Positions 43,477-54,169 of a DNA stretch of 64,000 nt are shown piece by piece. Within the stretch, counting starts at the first letter, position 1; each line of letters starts with the position of its first letter. Position numbers and translations under genes: made by a program. Location: positions 27,097-91,096 of the forward strand of contig DIXQ01000021.1 of NCBI GenBank assembly GCA_002428725.1, in the 5' to 3' direction. The notes beneath the pieces were generated by a model. It saw only the letters and a program-made list of their open reading frames with translations, was not told the origin of the DNA and did not search any database. This DNA comes from Spirochaetaceae bacterium UBA6076 (lineage in GTDB: Bacteria > Spirochaetota > Spirochaetia > Treponematales > Rectinemataceae).

Positions 43477-46412
43477 TCCTGAATGTTCCCGAAAAGCGAC
43501 TCTATAGTCTTTTCCACGATGCGGGTGCGATCCTCGAGCCCAAGGTTGAGCAGGGGTCGGTATAAAGCCGATCGAAGGCGGCGGCCTTCCTCCTGGTTTT
43601 TCGCGGCGTTCGGATAGCGCGCTAAAAGATGTTCGGCGTCCCGCGCGAATTCCATGGGGGAGATGCCAGCTGAATACAGGACTGGATCCTCGTGTAGCGT
43701 CCAATACGCTGAAAAAGCACGTTCGCACAACCCGCTTTCGGATGCCGATTTGAGCGCGGCTTCCCGTTCATTCGAGAGTCCGACCAAGCCGTCGAGAGCC
43801 TGGAGGGCGTCGATCTGCTTGTCGGAGAGATCTTTAACGATACGTTCGGCCCTCTCCTTGAGAGGAAGGAGGACGCTCGCCATGCCTGGATTATCTTCGA
43901 GTTCCTTTTGAAGTCCCCTTACAAGATTGAACACCTTGCTCTCGTCGGATCCTTTTTCTTTTCTGAGCGCTTCGATGGTTTTCGCATCAAAGGTGACAGC
44001 CCGCGTCAGGCGCGAAAGACCCGATTGCAGCGCACTCGATTCGATGAGTCGCTGTGTTTTATGGGCCAGGTCGGCGATGTAGCCTGTTTTATCGGAATAC
44101 GCGTTGCGCGTTACGCTATAGAGAGCGGTCAGGATTTTATAGTCCTCGACGTAGTCCCGAAGCTGGGGATCGGGGGAGAGAATTTCCCAGAGATTTTCGA
44201 TCTCCTTGTATGCTTCGTAGAAAGCTTTTCGCGTTTCGCTCTCAAGAAACCTGCCAAAGACGATACGCTCCAATGACTCATCGGGATTGTCTTTATCTAT
44301 CTCGGCATGATCCAGCCAGGAATCCCTCGCCATGGCCATTTTCTTGCCAAAATCCTCCCTGAGCAGATCGATGTCTTCGATGGCTCCTCCGACATCTTCG
44401 GAGTCAAAGCTGAGGGCTTTCTTGAGTTCGCGCAGGACGCCGACGAAATCCACGATGAGGCCGACCTTCTTCTCGACATCGTCGGCGTCGACATAGGGGC
44501 GATTTGCGCGGGCGAGGGCCTGAAGCAGGACATGATCGCGCATCGGCTTATCCAGATAGAGACAGTAGAGGAGGGGAGCGTCAAAACCTGTGAGGAGCTT
44601 GTCGGTGACGATGAGTATTTTCGGATCTTCCTTCGGCTTCTTGAAGAGAGCCTTCACGGTCGCCTCGCGTTCGCTATCCAGTTGGAGGCTTGCCACGAGA
44701 GGCCTGTCGATCGCGTCGCTCGCGTTTTCAGAATAGACTGCCTCAGACCAGGCCGGCGGCAAGTACCTATCCAAAGCAATTTTGTATTTGGCGCATGCCT
44801 CGCGGTTTACCGCGATGAGAAAAGCCTTGTATCCCAGAGGGAGTACGTTTTCCCTGAAGTGATTCGAGACGAAGGCGGCCACTTTCTCGATCCGATCATC
44901 CGCCGACAGGAAGGTACGCAAACCGACAGCCCGGTCGAGGACTCGGTTGAGTTCGTCGATATCCGTGATGCCTTCTGATCCCGCGAGTTCGAAAAATTCC
45001 TTGTCTAGTCGATCGGAGGGGACCGTCATGTCGCTAGGCGCGAGAACGTGCTTAATGGGAAGGGTCGTGCCGTCGGCGATCGATTCGACGATCGGGTACT
45101 TGTCGAGGTAGCCGTGCTCGTCCTGGGTGCCGAAAATCTTGAACGTGCCTTCTCCCTGGCTGTTGTTGGCGATAGGCGTTCCCGTAAAACCAATGATCGT
45201 GGAATGAGGCAAAGCCGCCATCAGGTATGTTCCAAGGTCCTTCGCGACCGATCGGTGGGCTTCATCGATGAAGACGAACACGTTATCGCGCCCGCAAGCC
45301 GCCCCAGGTATGCCGTCGAATTTCTGGATCGTCGAGATGACAAGCCCGCGGAAATCAGCGTCGATCAATGCTTGAAGGTCAGCCTTGCTGCTCGCTCGCC
45401 TCGTCGCAATATCCTGATTTTGTAGCTCTCCAAGAAGGCGCTCCACCCAGCGCGACAACTGCCCTTCCAAATCGATTCGATCGACAATCGTGATGACGGT
45501 GGCGCTCGAGAATCGTTGTTTGTCCTCGAGGATGATCCTAGCGGCGGTCAGGAGTGTAAAGGTCTTACCTGAACCCTGGGTATGCCAAATCAGTCCTCTT
45601 GTCCGCCCTGGATCGGCGCAGCGTTCGACGATAGCGTCTATTGCGCGTCGCTGGTGCTGGCGAAGAATGGACTTTTTCGTTTCCCCATCCTGGACGTAGA
45701 AGAGAATCCAACGTTCGAGGCTGCGGAGAAAATCGGTAGGCTCAAAGAAAGATTGGACCGCGAAGCGATAGCTCTCGTCGGGCGCTTGCTTCCATCTCGC
45801 CATGTCCCGCCGCGTGACGTTCCAGGTGACGCCATACCAGTAGTCGAGCATGTGGGTCACGTTAAAGAGCTGGGTTGTGCCGAGAAGCTCTGGCGTCTCG
45901 ATTTCGTAACGGCGAAGCTGTTTGACGCCCCTCTCGAGCGCATCCCCGGTTTTTGGGTTCTTGTGCTCGACGATGCAGACCGGAATGCCGTTCACGATAA
46001 AGATGAGGTCCGCGCGATTGGCCTTCCGCGCGGGCGGCTTTATCTGCCACTCCCAGCTGCACTGGAGAATGTTATTGGCCGCCGTGCCGAAGTCGATGAG
46101 TCTGACAGTCCGCTTGCAGTTCTCGGTTTCATCGTACCACTGCCGCTCGCCACGAAGCCATGCCAAGGCCTCGCGGTTGCCCTCGATGCTCGCGGGCAGG
46201 GCTTCCAGCGTCTCGACGATGGATCGGATGGAATCTTCGGAAAGCCAGGGATTGAACTCCGCCAGCTTGGACGCCAATTCGCCCCTGAAGAGCATTCCCG
46301 TCGTACCGCCGCGTTTGGCCTTCGCCGATTCAGGATCAATCGGTGCCCATCCCACTTCGGCGGCGTGGCGGATCATGGGAAATTGGGCGATTGCCTTTTC
46401 GTCTATTTTCAT
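43473..46412 (-). CDS. hsdR: Type I restriction enzyme R subunit
   Basis: The N-terminal nuclease motif is [18 protein letters not shown]. The helicase motif I is [10 protein letters not shown] and the DEAH box is FIDEAHRS. Length is 979 aa. Confidence 0.9.
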   Translation of the reverse strand: MKIDEKAIAQFPMIRHAAEVGWAPIDPESAKAKRGGTTGMLFRGELASKLAEFNPWLSEDSIRSIVETLEALPASIEGNREALAWLRGERQWYDETENCKRTVRLIDFGTAANNILQCSWEWQIKPPARKANRADLIFIVNGIPVCIVEHKNPKTGDALERGVKQLRRYEIETPELLGTTQLFNVTHMLDYWYGVTWNVTRRDMARWKQAPDESYRFAVQSFFEPTDFLRSLERWILFYVQDGETKKSILRQHQRRAIDAIVERCADPGRTRGLIWHTQGSGKTFTLLTAARIILEDKQRFSSATVITIVDRIDLEGQLSRWVERLLGELQNQDIATRRASSKADLQALIDADFRGLVISTIQKFDGIPGAACGRDNVFVFIDEAHRSVAKDLGTYLMAALPHSTIIGFTGTPIANNSQGEGTFKIFGTQDEHGYLDKYPIVESIADGTTLPIKHVLAPSDMTVPSDRLDKEFFELAGSEGITDIDELNRVLDRAVGLRTFLSADDRIEKVAAFVSNHFRENVLPLGYKAFLIAVNREACAKYKIALDRYLPPAWSEAVYSENASDAIDRPLVASLQLDSEREATVKALFKKPKEDPKILIVTDKLLTGFDAPLLYCLYLDKPMRDHVLLQALARANRPYVDADDVEKKVGLIVDFVGVLRELKKALSFDSEDVGGAIEDIDLLREDFGKKMAMARDSWLDHAEIDKDNPDESLERIVFGRFLESETRKAFYEAYKEIENLWEILSPDPQLRDYVEDYKILTALYSVTRNAYSDKTGYIADLAHKTQRLIESSALQSGLSRLTRAVTFDAKTIEALRKEKGSDESKVFNLVRGLQKELEDNPGMASVLLPLKERAERIVKDLSDKQIDALQALDGLVGLSNEREAALKSASESGLCERAFSAYWTLHEDPVLYSAGISPMEFARDAEHLLARYPNAAKNQEEGRRLRSALYRPLLNLGLEDRTRIVEKTIESLFGNIQE

Positions 46413-46963
46413 TTTTTACCGGCTTCAAAATCTTTGCCATATGGTGGGATCGATTCGCAGACTTCCAGAGTCGCCCTGTTCTGAATCGCGAGGCGGGCGA
46501 GGGCTCGATCGATTTTCGCCTTCTGTCTTTCGCTCAGCTTACTCTTGTTTGAGCTATAGAGGCGAAGAAAGTTTTCGGGAATTGAGACAAGTTTCAGAAG
46601 ACTATTGTGCGCGCCCGAAGGGATGACGCCTTGCTCATAGGAGTTGATGGTGAGGTCGCCGATGTCTAGGAGCTTCGCGAAGCTCTTCTGGCTAACGTCA
46701 TAGCGGGCGCGCATGGCTACGAGTTCCGCCGGGCCGATGATCCCATGGCGGGCGCGGTATACGGCTCGTGCCGATTCTATCTCGGCATCCATCTGCTCGC
46801 CGGACGCGAAGTCTTTCCCACAGGTTTCGCAGACCGAGAACACCGAGTCGAACTCCACGTCCTCGCCCCGGATCTTCATGGTCTCCCGCTCGCAGACGAT
46901 CCTGATATTCCGCATGGCCTCGCAGTGGGGACATGCGTCGCGAATCACTTCAAGCACACTCAT
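46409..46963 (-). CDS. MqsA-family antitoxin-like protein (YgiT-type zinc ribbon plus XRE HTH) with a ~50-aa C-terminal extension
   Basis: The pairs CPHC...CETC form a zinc ribbon. They are followed by [56 protein letters not shown]. This parallels E. coli MqsA (CPVC..CVHC; LSLTQKEAAEIFGGGVNAFSRYEKGNAQPHPSTIKLLRVLDKHPELL). Confidence 0.7.
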   Translation of the reverse strand: MSVLEVIRDACPHCEAMRNIRIVCERETMKIRGEDVEFDSVFSVCETCGKDFASGEQMDAEIESARAVYRARHGIIGPAELVAMRARYDVSQKSFAKLLDIGDLTINSYEQGVIPSGAHNSLLKLVSIPENFLRLYSSNKSKLSERQKAKIDRALARLAIQNRATLEVCESIPPYGKDFEAGKK

Positions 46964-46972
46964 GTATCCACC

Positions 46973-47299
46973 TCAATCATGATAGGAGAGCACTTTAAGC
47001 CAGTCGGAGCCGCCCATCTGGAAAAGCTTGAGCTTGATGTAGAAGCGCGTTCCGAACTCGTCGTAGAAGAAAAACCACAGGCTCCCTTCAGACCCATCGT
47101 CATCACGTTCTGGTCCTTTCCAATAATGCTCGGAGCCAAGTTTAGCCAGCCGTTTGCAGATACCTTCGAATGAAAGACCATAGTGTTCCATCGCGTCCCG
47201 GTTCTTATCTCGATCGACGAGGAGGACCAGCCGATGATTCTTGAGCACCTCCCGCTTCCGCATCAGGAATACCTGGAGTCCCAAACCGGCGTCTGGCAC
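46973..47299 (-). CDS. MqsR-like mRNA interferase toxin candidate
   Basis: About 109 aa. DAMEHYGLSFEGICKRLAKLGSEHYWKG and YIKLKLF...LKVLSYH parallel E. coli MqsR ADELGLDFDGMCNVIIGLSESDFYKSM and YLKITVI..LIVSFKEK. The gene lies 9 nt upstream of the MqsA-like gene. I chose the start at the GTG 7 nt after AGGAGG (47307-47312); 47302 and 47335 are alternatives. Confidence 0.55.
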   Translation of the reverse strand: MPDAGLGLQVFLMRKREVLKNHRLVLLVDRDKNRDAMEHYGLSFEGICKRLAKLGSEHYWKGPERDDDGSEGSLWFFFYDEFGTRFYIKLKLFQMGGSDWLKVLSYHD

Positions 47300-47363
47300 C
47301 ACTATACCTCCTATTTTGGTATCAATCAATACCAAAACACAGTCACTTTTTAGGACTGCCCAC

Positions 47364-48545
47364 CTAATCCGCGGCTTTCCCGATAGCCGGTAAATCCAAG
47401 TCCGCGATCCGGATCTCCCCTGTCATCAGTTTATGAAGGAGGCTCTTGAAGAGTTCCTCGAGGAGGGTCTTCTTTTTCTTGTGCAGCTCGATCTTGCGGT
47501 CTATGGTGTCGAGGATCTCGACGGTTTCAAGCTGTTCGGGGAGGGAAGGTATAGCGACTAACCAAGGCGTTAAAAACTGAATATTTATATTTTTCTGTGT
47601 TCCCTTAGGAGCACGTCTATCCATTTCTGATTGCTGTGTTTGTAGGAAGTATTCAAGATATCTCGCATCTATCTCGGTTTGTGGGGTAATTGCAATTATA
47701 CTATCAGGGCAAGCACTATCGAATCCCAGAATTCCTGTGTAGCCGATATTGGCTGCAATGGTTATCAAGATGGTTCCTTTGGGGAATACGCGACTGATAG
47801 CCACACCTTCTTCGTTAAGGCTTTGAGTATAAGTATTTATCTTGCCCCCGGATTTAACAACATCACCGGTCTGGACAAATGGGATCTTTCCACCATAGAA
47901 GCGAGGTTCATTTCGCGGTCTATGAAGAAAACGACCTCGTTCAAGCAATGCTATACTTCCAAGAGGTAACACCTTCCAATTCTCCGGCACTAGCCCAATT
48001 TCTGTCTCCTTCTGAGCCTTGTTGTGGAGGCCTCGCGTGAAGAGTTCGCGCATCGCGGCGCGCTTGAGGGCAGTCGTGAGATCACAAGTCCGTTGTTCAC
48101 CATCTATATGCGACTCAATTATTGCTAGGATTTTTCCAATCAATTCCTGTTCCTCTTTCGGGGGGATTGGAATTTCTCGTTCCTTAAGAATGGATAAGTG
48201 GCGGTTGTAGCCTCGGCTTTCAATATCAAGGGCTTTACAGGCGAAGTAGAAGAAATGTGGATCAAAACGATCATCAGGGTAGAGTATTTGGGTACCATCT
48301 GCGCCGCGCACAAATGGGAAATCGATGTATTTTAAAATCCGAGTGTGGTCACCAAAGATAATTAACGGTAAAGGTGAATCAATAAGGCCGTTACGATTAT
48401 CTGTCCATCCTGCTATGAGATCTCGACCTTGGTCAATAATCGGAAAAGCACCACTAATTTTATAGTCTTTTGTCTGTAATTTGTTTGTCGGTAGTTGTAG
48501 AGGTTTAAGGCAAGAAGCGACTGAGACGGTCTCCCATTTGATCAT
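47364..48545 (-). CDS. hsdS: Type I restriction enzyme S (specificity) subunit
   Basis: Two target-recognition halves are separated by the conserved helix ALKRAAMRELFTRGL. The protein ends with LLEELFKSLLHKLMTGEIRI. The start lies 2 nt after the hsdM stop. Confidence 0.85.
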   Translation of the reverse strand: MIKWETVSVASCLKPLQLPTNKLQTKDYKISGAFPIIDQGRDLIAGWTDNRNGLIDSPLPLIIFGDHTRILKYIDFPFVRGADGTQILYPDDRFDPHFFYFACKALDIESRGYNRHLSILKEREIPIPPKEEQELIGKILAIIESHIDGEQRTCDLTTALKRAAMRELFTRGLHNKAQKETEIGLVPENWKVLPLGSIALLERGRFLHRPRNEPRFYGGKIPFVQTGDVVKSGGKINTYTQSLNEEGVAISRVFPKGTILITIAANIGYTGILGFDSACPDSIIAITPQTEIDARYLEYFLQTQQSEMDRRAPKGTQKNINIQFLTPWLVAIPSLPEQLETVEILDTIDRKIELHKKKKTLLEELFKSLLHKLMTGEIRIADLDLPAIGKAAD

Positions 48546-48547
48546 TT

Positions 48548-50392
<1,845 letters not shown>

Positions 50393-50398
50393 ATTTGC

Positions 50399-50427
50399 AA
50401 TATATGTTATAATAATATCTATGTCAA
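50399..50427 (-). promoter_or_regulatory. Near-consensus sigma70-type promoter abutting the hsdM start codon (leaderless configuration)
   Basis: Minus strand reads TTGACA (50427-50422), a 17-nt spacer, TATATT (50404-50399), GCAAAT, then ATG (50392). There is no Shine-Dalgarno sequence. Confidence 0.5.
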
Positions 50428-50442
50428 TCGTATTTTAAGCTA

Positions 50443-51018
50443 TCAGTTTTGGTTTTCGAAGTAGAGATTGTATTTTTTCCAGAAATACTTGGGATTAGGA
50501 ACATCGTCTCGGCCTTCGATGACAGCGACGGCGTCGCGGATCTCCTGTAGGTTTGCCCGACCCTCGTCGTACATGAGCTTGAGAAGATCGATGGTGCTTG
50601 TGACGGGAATGTCGAATTCAGCCGCCAACGATGTCATCGGTCCATCGTCTGTGACCACCACCGCCCCAAAGGCGAGGGCATAAACTAGACAGAAATTATC
50701 CACGGGCGAGGTGCTGAGCAGGAAATCTTGAGCCGTTTCTCTAATATATTCGAGGTTTGTCTCTATTTCCCTGCGCTTTTCCTGGCAAACGCGGAGATAG
50801 TGGCTGCGATCTTGCGAATAGGTTTCTGAACTCGCCCAATGGAATTTGCTCGATAGTCGGGAATTGCGCCTGAGTTCATGATCAAGATCAGGAACGACAC
50901 GGAGCCTGCAAGGTGGAGATCCGAAAACAGTCGCGATTATCGGGTGAAAGGAGTCCGCCACCCTGAGATAGGTGTTGGTATCGAGCAGAAACAGGCGCTC
51001 ATCGCCGGACGAGGGCAT
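50443..51018 (-). CDS. PIN-domain nuclease candidate
   Basis: Four spaced acidic positions fit the PIN pattern: LFLLDTNTY, DLDHELRR, SPVDNFCL and VVVTDDGPM. I took the start as Met12; it overlaps the upstream gene by about 20 nt. Confidence 0.6.
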   Translation of the reverse strand: MPSSGDERLFLLDTNTYLRVADSFHPIIATVFGSPPCRLRVVPDLDHELRRNSRLSSKFHWASSETYSQDRSHYLRVCQEKRREIETNLEYIRETAQDFLLSTSPVDNFCLVYALAFGAVVVTDDGPMTSLAAEFDIPVTSTIDLLKLMYDEGRANLQEIRDAVAVIEGRDDVPNPKYFWKKYNLYFENQN

Positions 51019-52129
51019 CGAGGATCGCCTTCGCGTCGGCGGGGCCGACACCGAGACTGGCCGCGACTATACCTTCCGATTCCCCATGCTCCGCTACGTA
51101 GGAGCGAAGGGCTGAATAGAATGGGCTCTTGAAGATTTCTTCCGATATGCGGATCAGATCGATTGCGTTCGGAGTATCCGAAAAAAAGATGCCTGAACTT
51201 ACTAGGCCATATTCTTTATTAAAATTAGTGTTGGCACCAAAAATCGCCTTGCCTAAGAGTTCTTCGCCTCCTCGCGAATGAGCGATATAATCTATTCGCT
51301 TCGCAATAGTAACGGGCGATACGATAAGTTCCCGCGCGACAGCGAGGACACGAAGTATTCGCGCGCCCATATCGGGGATCTCTGAAAGTCTATCAAATTC
51401 CTCGATAGCAATATTCTCGGGAACGAGTATAGCGGAGGCAAACGCGTCAGAGAACTTTTCCGCGTCTGTGCTATTGAGTAGCCCAGATGTCTTCGAATGA
51501 CCGAGCTCGTGGAGCATCCAGAACTTGAAATCGAACAGCTTGGTGTCCAGATTTAGATAGACGAGCGTAGTCTGAGAGTCCGGCAGATAGACGTGGAGAG
51601 CGTTGTCGAGGCTGTCTTTTTCGCCCCAGAGTACGGGGACCAGAACCGTCTTGAGCTCGCCGAAAAGACCAATGATGTCCTCGAAATGTACCTGTTTTCC
51701 GACGCAGCCCATGGCAGCCCGGGTTTCCAGGGCGGCTTCTTCTACGTAGGCCGCTTCGACGCGCGGCGATATAAGGCGAGCTGGCGCGCTAAGACGACCG
51801 AAGGGGAGGTATGGAACTAGAAGGTTAGCGGCCTTTCCCATACCCTTGGCACGTTTCTCGTCCTCAGCCTTCACCTTCGCGTTTCCGTGTTTTCTGTAAG
51901 CTACGATAGGCTCCGCGATTCCACTACTTGAAACGAGCTCCGAATAGCTAAGGGTGAGGAGCTTGCCAAGGCGTAGCAACAGAGCAGGGCGGGGGAATTT
52001 CTTACCCTTGAGCCATTCTGAAACAATGGTTTTCGATACGCCTAGCGAAGCGGCAATAGCGGCTGCATTCAGCCCCAATTCCTGCATAGCCTGCTCTATT
52101 CGATCAAGGGAAAGTCGTTTGTCTGCCAC
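50999..52129 (-). CDS. XRE-family HTH fused to an ImmA/IrrE (COG2856-type) zinc metallopeptidase domain
   Basis: The N-terminal HTH is LGLNAAAIAASLGVSKTIVSEWLKGKKFP. The HExxH motif is in FWMLHELGHS, near residue 215. The start is GTG at 52129. Confidence 0.7.
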   Translation of the reverse strand: MADKRLSLDRIEQAMQELGLNAAAIAASLGVSKTIVSEWLKGKKFPRPALLLRLGKLLTLSYSELVSSSGIAEPIVAYRKHGNAKVKAEDEKRAKGMGKAANLLVPYLPFGRLSAPARLISPRVEAAYVEEAALETRAAMGCVGKQVHFEDIIGLFGELKTVLVPVLWGEKDSLDNALHVYLPDSQTTLVYLNLDTKLFDFKFWMLHELGHSKTSGLLNSTDAEKFSDAFASAILVPENIAIEEFDRLSEIPDMGARILRVLAVARELIVSPVTIAKRIDYIAHSRGGEELLGKAIFGANTNFNKEYGLVSSGIFFSDTPNAIDLIRISEEIFKSPFYSALRSYVAEHGESEGIVAASLGVGPADAKAILDALVRR

Positions 52130-52135
52130 GCATAA

Positions 52136-52164
52136 AATGTATCAGGGGAGTAAACTTTCGTCAA
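52136..52164 (-). promoter_or_regulatory. Candidate sigma70-type promoter abutting the start of the HTH-ImmA/IrrE gene
   Basis: Minus strand reads TTGACG (52164-52159), a 17-nt spacer, TACATT (52141-52136), TTATGC, then GTG (52129). This is the same geometry as the hsdM promoter. Confidence 0.4.
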
Positions 52165-52230
52165 CTTTAAAATTATTCTTGTCCTGTTTGCTTAATAACT
52201 TGCAGAATTGCTCAGGTTAAAATGGTAGAC

Positions 52231-52436
52231 GCCCAGTGGGGGTAGCGGAGAAGACCGGAGGGCGGGCCGCTGGGCAAACAGCAGCGCTACAAGGCTATCT
52301 GCAGTATGCTAAAAGTGGGTGCCCGGCGGCCCGCCCGAGGACTTTGGAGCGAGGGGGAGCAGCGTAGGTACCAGCGGGCGTTTGTCAGTTACCGCGGCTG
52401 GTAGGCCGGCTTGATACAAAGCCTCGCTCCCCCTCT
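52231..52436. other. Unassigned GC-rich, highly structured intergenic element (candidate small RNA or structured 3'UTR of serS)
   Basis: Stems verified by hand. A 17-bp stem pairs 52260-52276 with 52320-52336 (16 Watson-Crick pairs plus one G.U on the plus strand). A 10-bp perfect stem pairs 52351-52360 with 52426-52435. That stem encloses 52369-52375/52397-52403 and 52408-52412/52419-52423. No coding potential is apparent. Confidence 0.3.
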
Positions 52437-52446
52437 TGATGAGGCT

Positions 52447-53718
52447 CTATCGCCGTATTTCCGAAAATCCGCAGTAGGGCACCAGGGCGGGGGGCATGGC
52501 CACCGAGCCGTCGGCTCGCTGAAAGTTCTCCAGGACGGCGATGATAGCCCGCGAACAGGCCACCGCCGTGCCATTGAGCATGTGGACGTGTTTGTTCTTG
52601 CCATCATCGTCCTTGTACTTGATATTGAGTCGCCTGGCCTGATAGTCGGTGCAGTTGGAGGTGGAGGTCACTTCGCCCCATTCTCCTCCGTTGCGGCCGG
52701 GCATCCAGGCTTCCAGGTCCCATTTGCGGTAGGCCGGGGCGCCCAGGTCGCCGGTGCAGGTGTCCACTACCCTGAAGGGTATGCCCAGGCCGGAGAATAT
52801 TTCCTCTTCCACGCTCCGCAGGTACTCGTGCATGGCTCCCGATTCATCCGGCGTGGTGTAGGCGAACATCTCCACCTTGGTGAACTGATGCACCCGGTAG
52901 AGGCCCTTGGAGAACTGGCCCGCGGCTCCCGCTTCGCGCCTGAAGCAGTGGGAAACCCCGGCGAGCTTCAGGGGGAGGCTGGCCTTGTCGAGGATGGAGC
53001 CTGAATAGTAGCCGCCCAGGGTGATTTCGGCGGTGCCGATAAGGCAGGTGCCTTCGCCCTCAACGGTGTAGATGTTGGACTCAGGCCCCCGGGGGTTGAA
53101 GCCGATGCCCTCCAGGATCTCTGTCTTGGCGATGTCGGGGGTTTGGAAAAGGGTGAAGCCCTTTTTCATGAGGATGTCTAGGGTGTAGCGCACTAAGGCC
53201 ATCTCCAGGATAACGGCCTGGTTTTTCAGGTAATAGAATTTAGTGCCCGACACCCTGGTGGCGGTATCGAAGTCGATGAGGTCGAGGTCGGCACCCAGCT
53301 GCACGTGGTCCTTAGGCTCGAAGTCGAATTTTGTGGGTTCGCCCACGCGTTTTACTTCGAGGTTGTCCTTGTCTTCCTTGCCCCTGGGCGCCTCAGGGTG
53401 GGCCATATTGGGAATCTTGGCTCCCTCAACGGCCAGGCGCTGCTCTAGATCGGCCAGGCGGACTTCTGCCTCTGCTATTTTATCCTTAAGAAGTTTGCCT
53501 TCCTCTATCCTGATCGCTCGGATTCCGGGATCGAGCTTTCCTTTCATGGCCAGGGCATTGTCGTTCCGCTTTTTTCGCAGCTCCTCCACATCTCGCTGAA
53601 GGCTGACTTTCTCGTCATAAAGGGAAACCACAAGATCCGCGTTAGCATCCATGTATCGCTCGACGATATTCTTTTTTACTTCGTCGAGATTGTCTTTAAT
53701 AAACCTATAATCCAACAT
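52447..53718 (-). CDS. serS: Serine--tRNA ligase
   Basis: There is an N-terminal coiled-coil arm. Class II motifs include CFRREAGAAG and GTAVACSRAIIAVLEN. Length is 423 aa. Confidence 0.95.
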   Translation of the reverse strand: MLDYRFIKDNLDEVKKNIVERYMDANADLVVSLYDEKVSLQRDVEELRKKRNDNALAMKGKLDPGIRAIRIEEGKLLKDKIAEAEVRLADLEQRLAVEGAKIPNMAHPEAPRGKEDKDNLEVKRVGEPTKFDFEPKDHVQLGADLDLIDFDTATRVSGTKFYYLKNQAVILEMALVRYTLDILMKKGFTLFQTPDIAKTEILEGIGFNPRGPESNIYTVEGEGTCLIGTAEITLGGYYSGSILDKASLPLKLAGVSHCFRREAGAAGQFSKGLYRVHQFTKVEMFAYTTPDESGAMHEYLRSVEEEIFSGLGIPFRVVDTCTGDLGAPAYRKWDLEAWMPGRNGGEWGEVTSTSNCTDYQARRLNIKYKDDDGKNKHVHMLNGTAVACSRAIIAVLENFQRADGSVAMPPALVPYCGFSEIRR

Positions 53719-53863
53719 AGCTCGATATGATACTTGGAGTGGCTTGGACCGACAAGACCGGGGCGATCAGTCTGAGGGCCGAAACGGAGGATTTTTCTTT
53801 ATTGACAATAATAGCTATATTGAACATGAAAGATACACGTCCATGATTGGACGGAGGTGCGAT

Positions 53864-54127
53864 ATGAAAGATAAATCTTTGATCGTCAAGCATTTGGTTA
53901 AATCTAATCCCGCTTCTTCCTTTCCCGGTTGCATCGACGAGGATGACGTGCTTGCCTTTGACCTTGATACGTCGCGAAGGCTGCTGGTGGATAACGGACT
54001 GCTTTGGGTGACCATTCAAAACGATACCCATGACTATCTTGTGAGAGATCGTGAGGAATTGGACGTCCCCAGTGGCAGGAAGATTGTTGTAGAAGCGGTG
54101 GAGCCCAGCTGTTTTGAACTGGTTTGA
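53864..54127 (+). CDS. Small DUF2917-like protein
   Basis: The sequence LLVDNGLLWVTIQNDTHDYLVRDREELDVPSGRKIVVEAVEPSCFEL resembles the DUF2917 pattern. I set the start at ATG 53864 (GGAGG lies 6 nt upstream) instead of 53744. Confidence 0.5.
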   Translation: MKDKSLIVKHLVKSNPASSFPGCIDEDDVLAFDLDTSRRLLVDNGLLWVTIQNDTHDYLVRDREELDVPSGRKIVVEAVEPSCFELV

Positions 54128-54169
54128 GCTGCTATGTAAAGGCTCTTTCACCGTGGCTTCTTGAAGTGA

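Noticed and set aside
45582-46626. Plus-strand ORFs of 300 and 234 aa opposite hsdR and the MqsA-like gene
   Set aside because: They are antisense to CDSs with strong motif support and are Arg/Pro-rich with low complexity. I treated them as spurious.
52231-52436. Whether the structured element is RNase P RNA, SRP/4.5S RNA, tmRNA, a tRNA or a cobalamin riboswitch
   Set aside because: Neither strand carries the expected signatures. I found no GAGGAAAGUCC/ACAGAA.CCGGCUUA (RNase P). I found no GGAA-capped domain IV with AGCAGC pairing (SRP). I found no GGUUCGA T-loop with CCA-adjacent acceptor (tmRNA or tRNA). GAAGACC at 52250-52256 resembles a B12-box core, but the surrounding consensus and an upstream aptamer are missing. 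The identity remains open, and a covariance-model search is needed.
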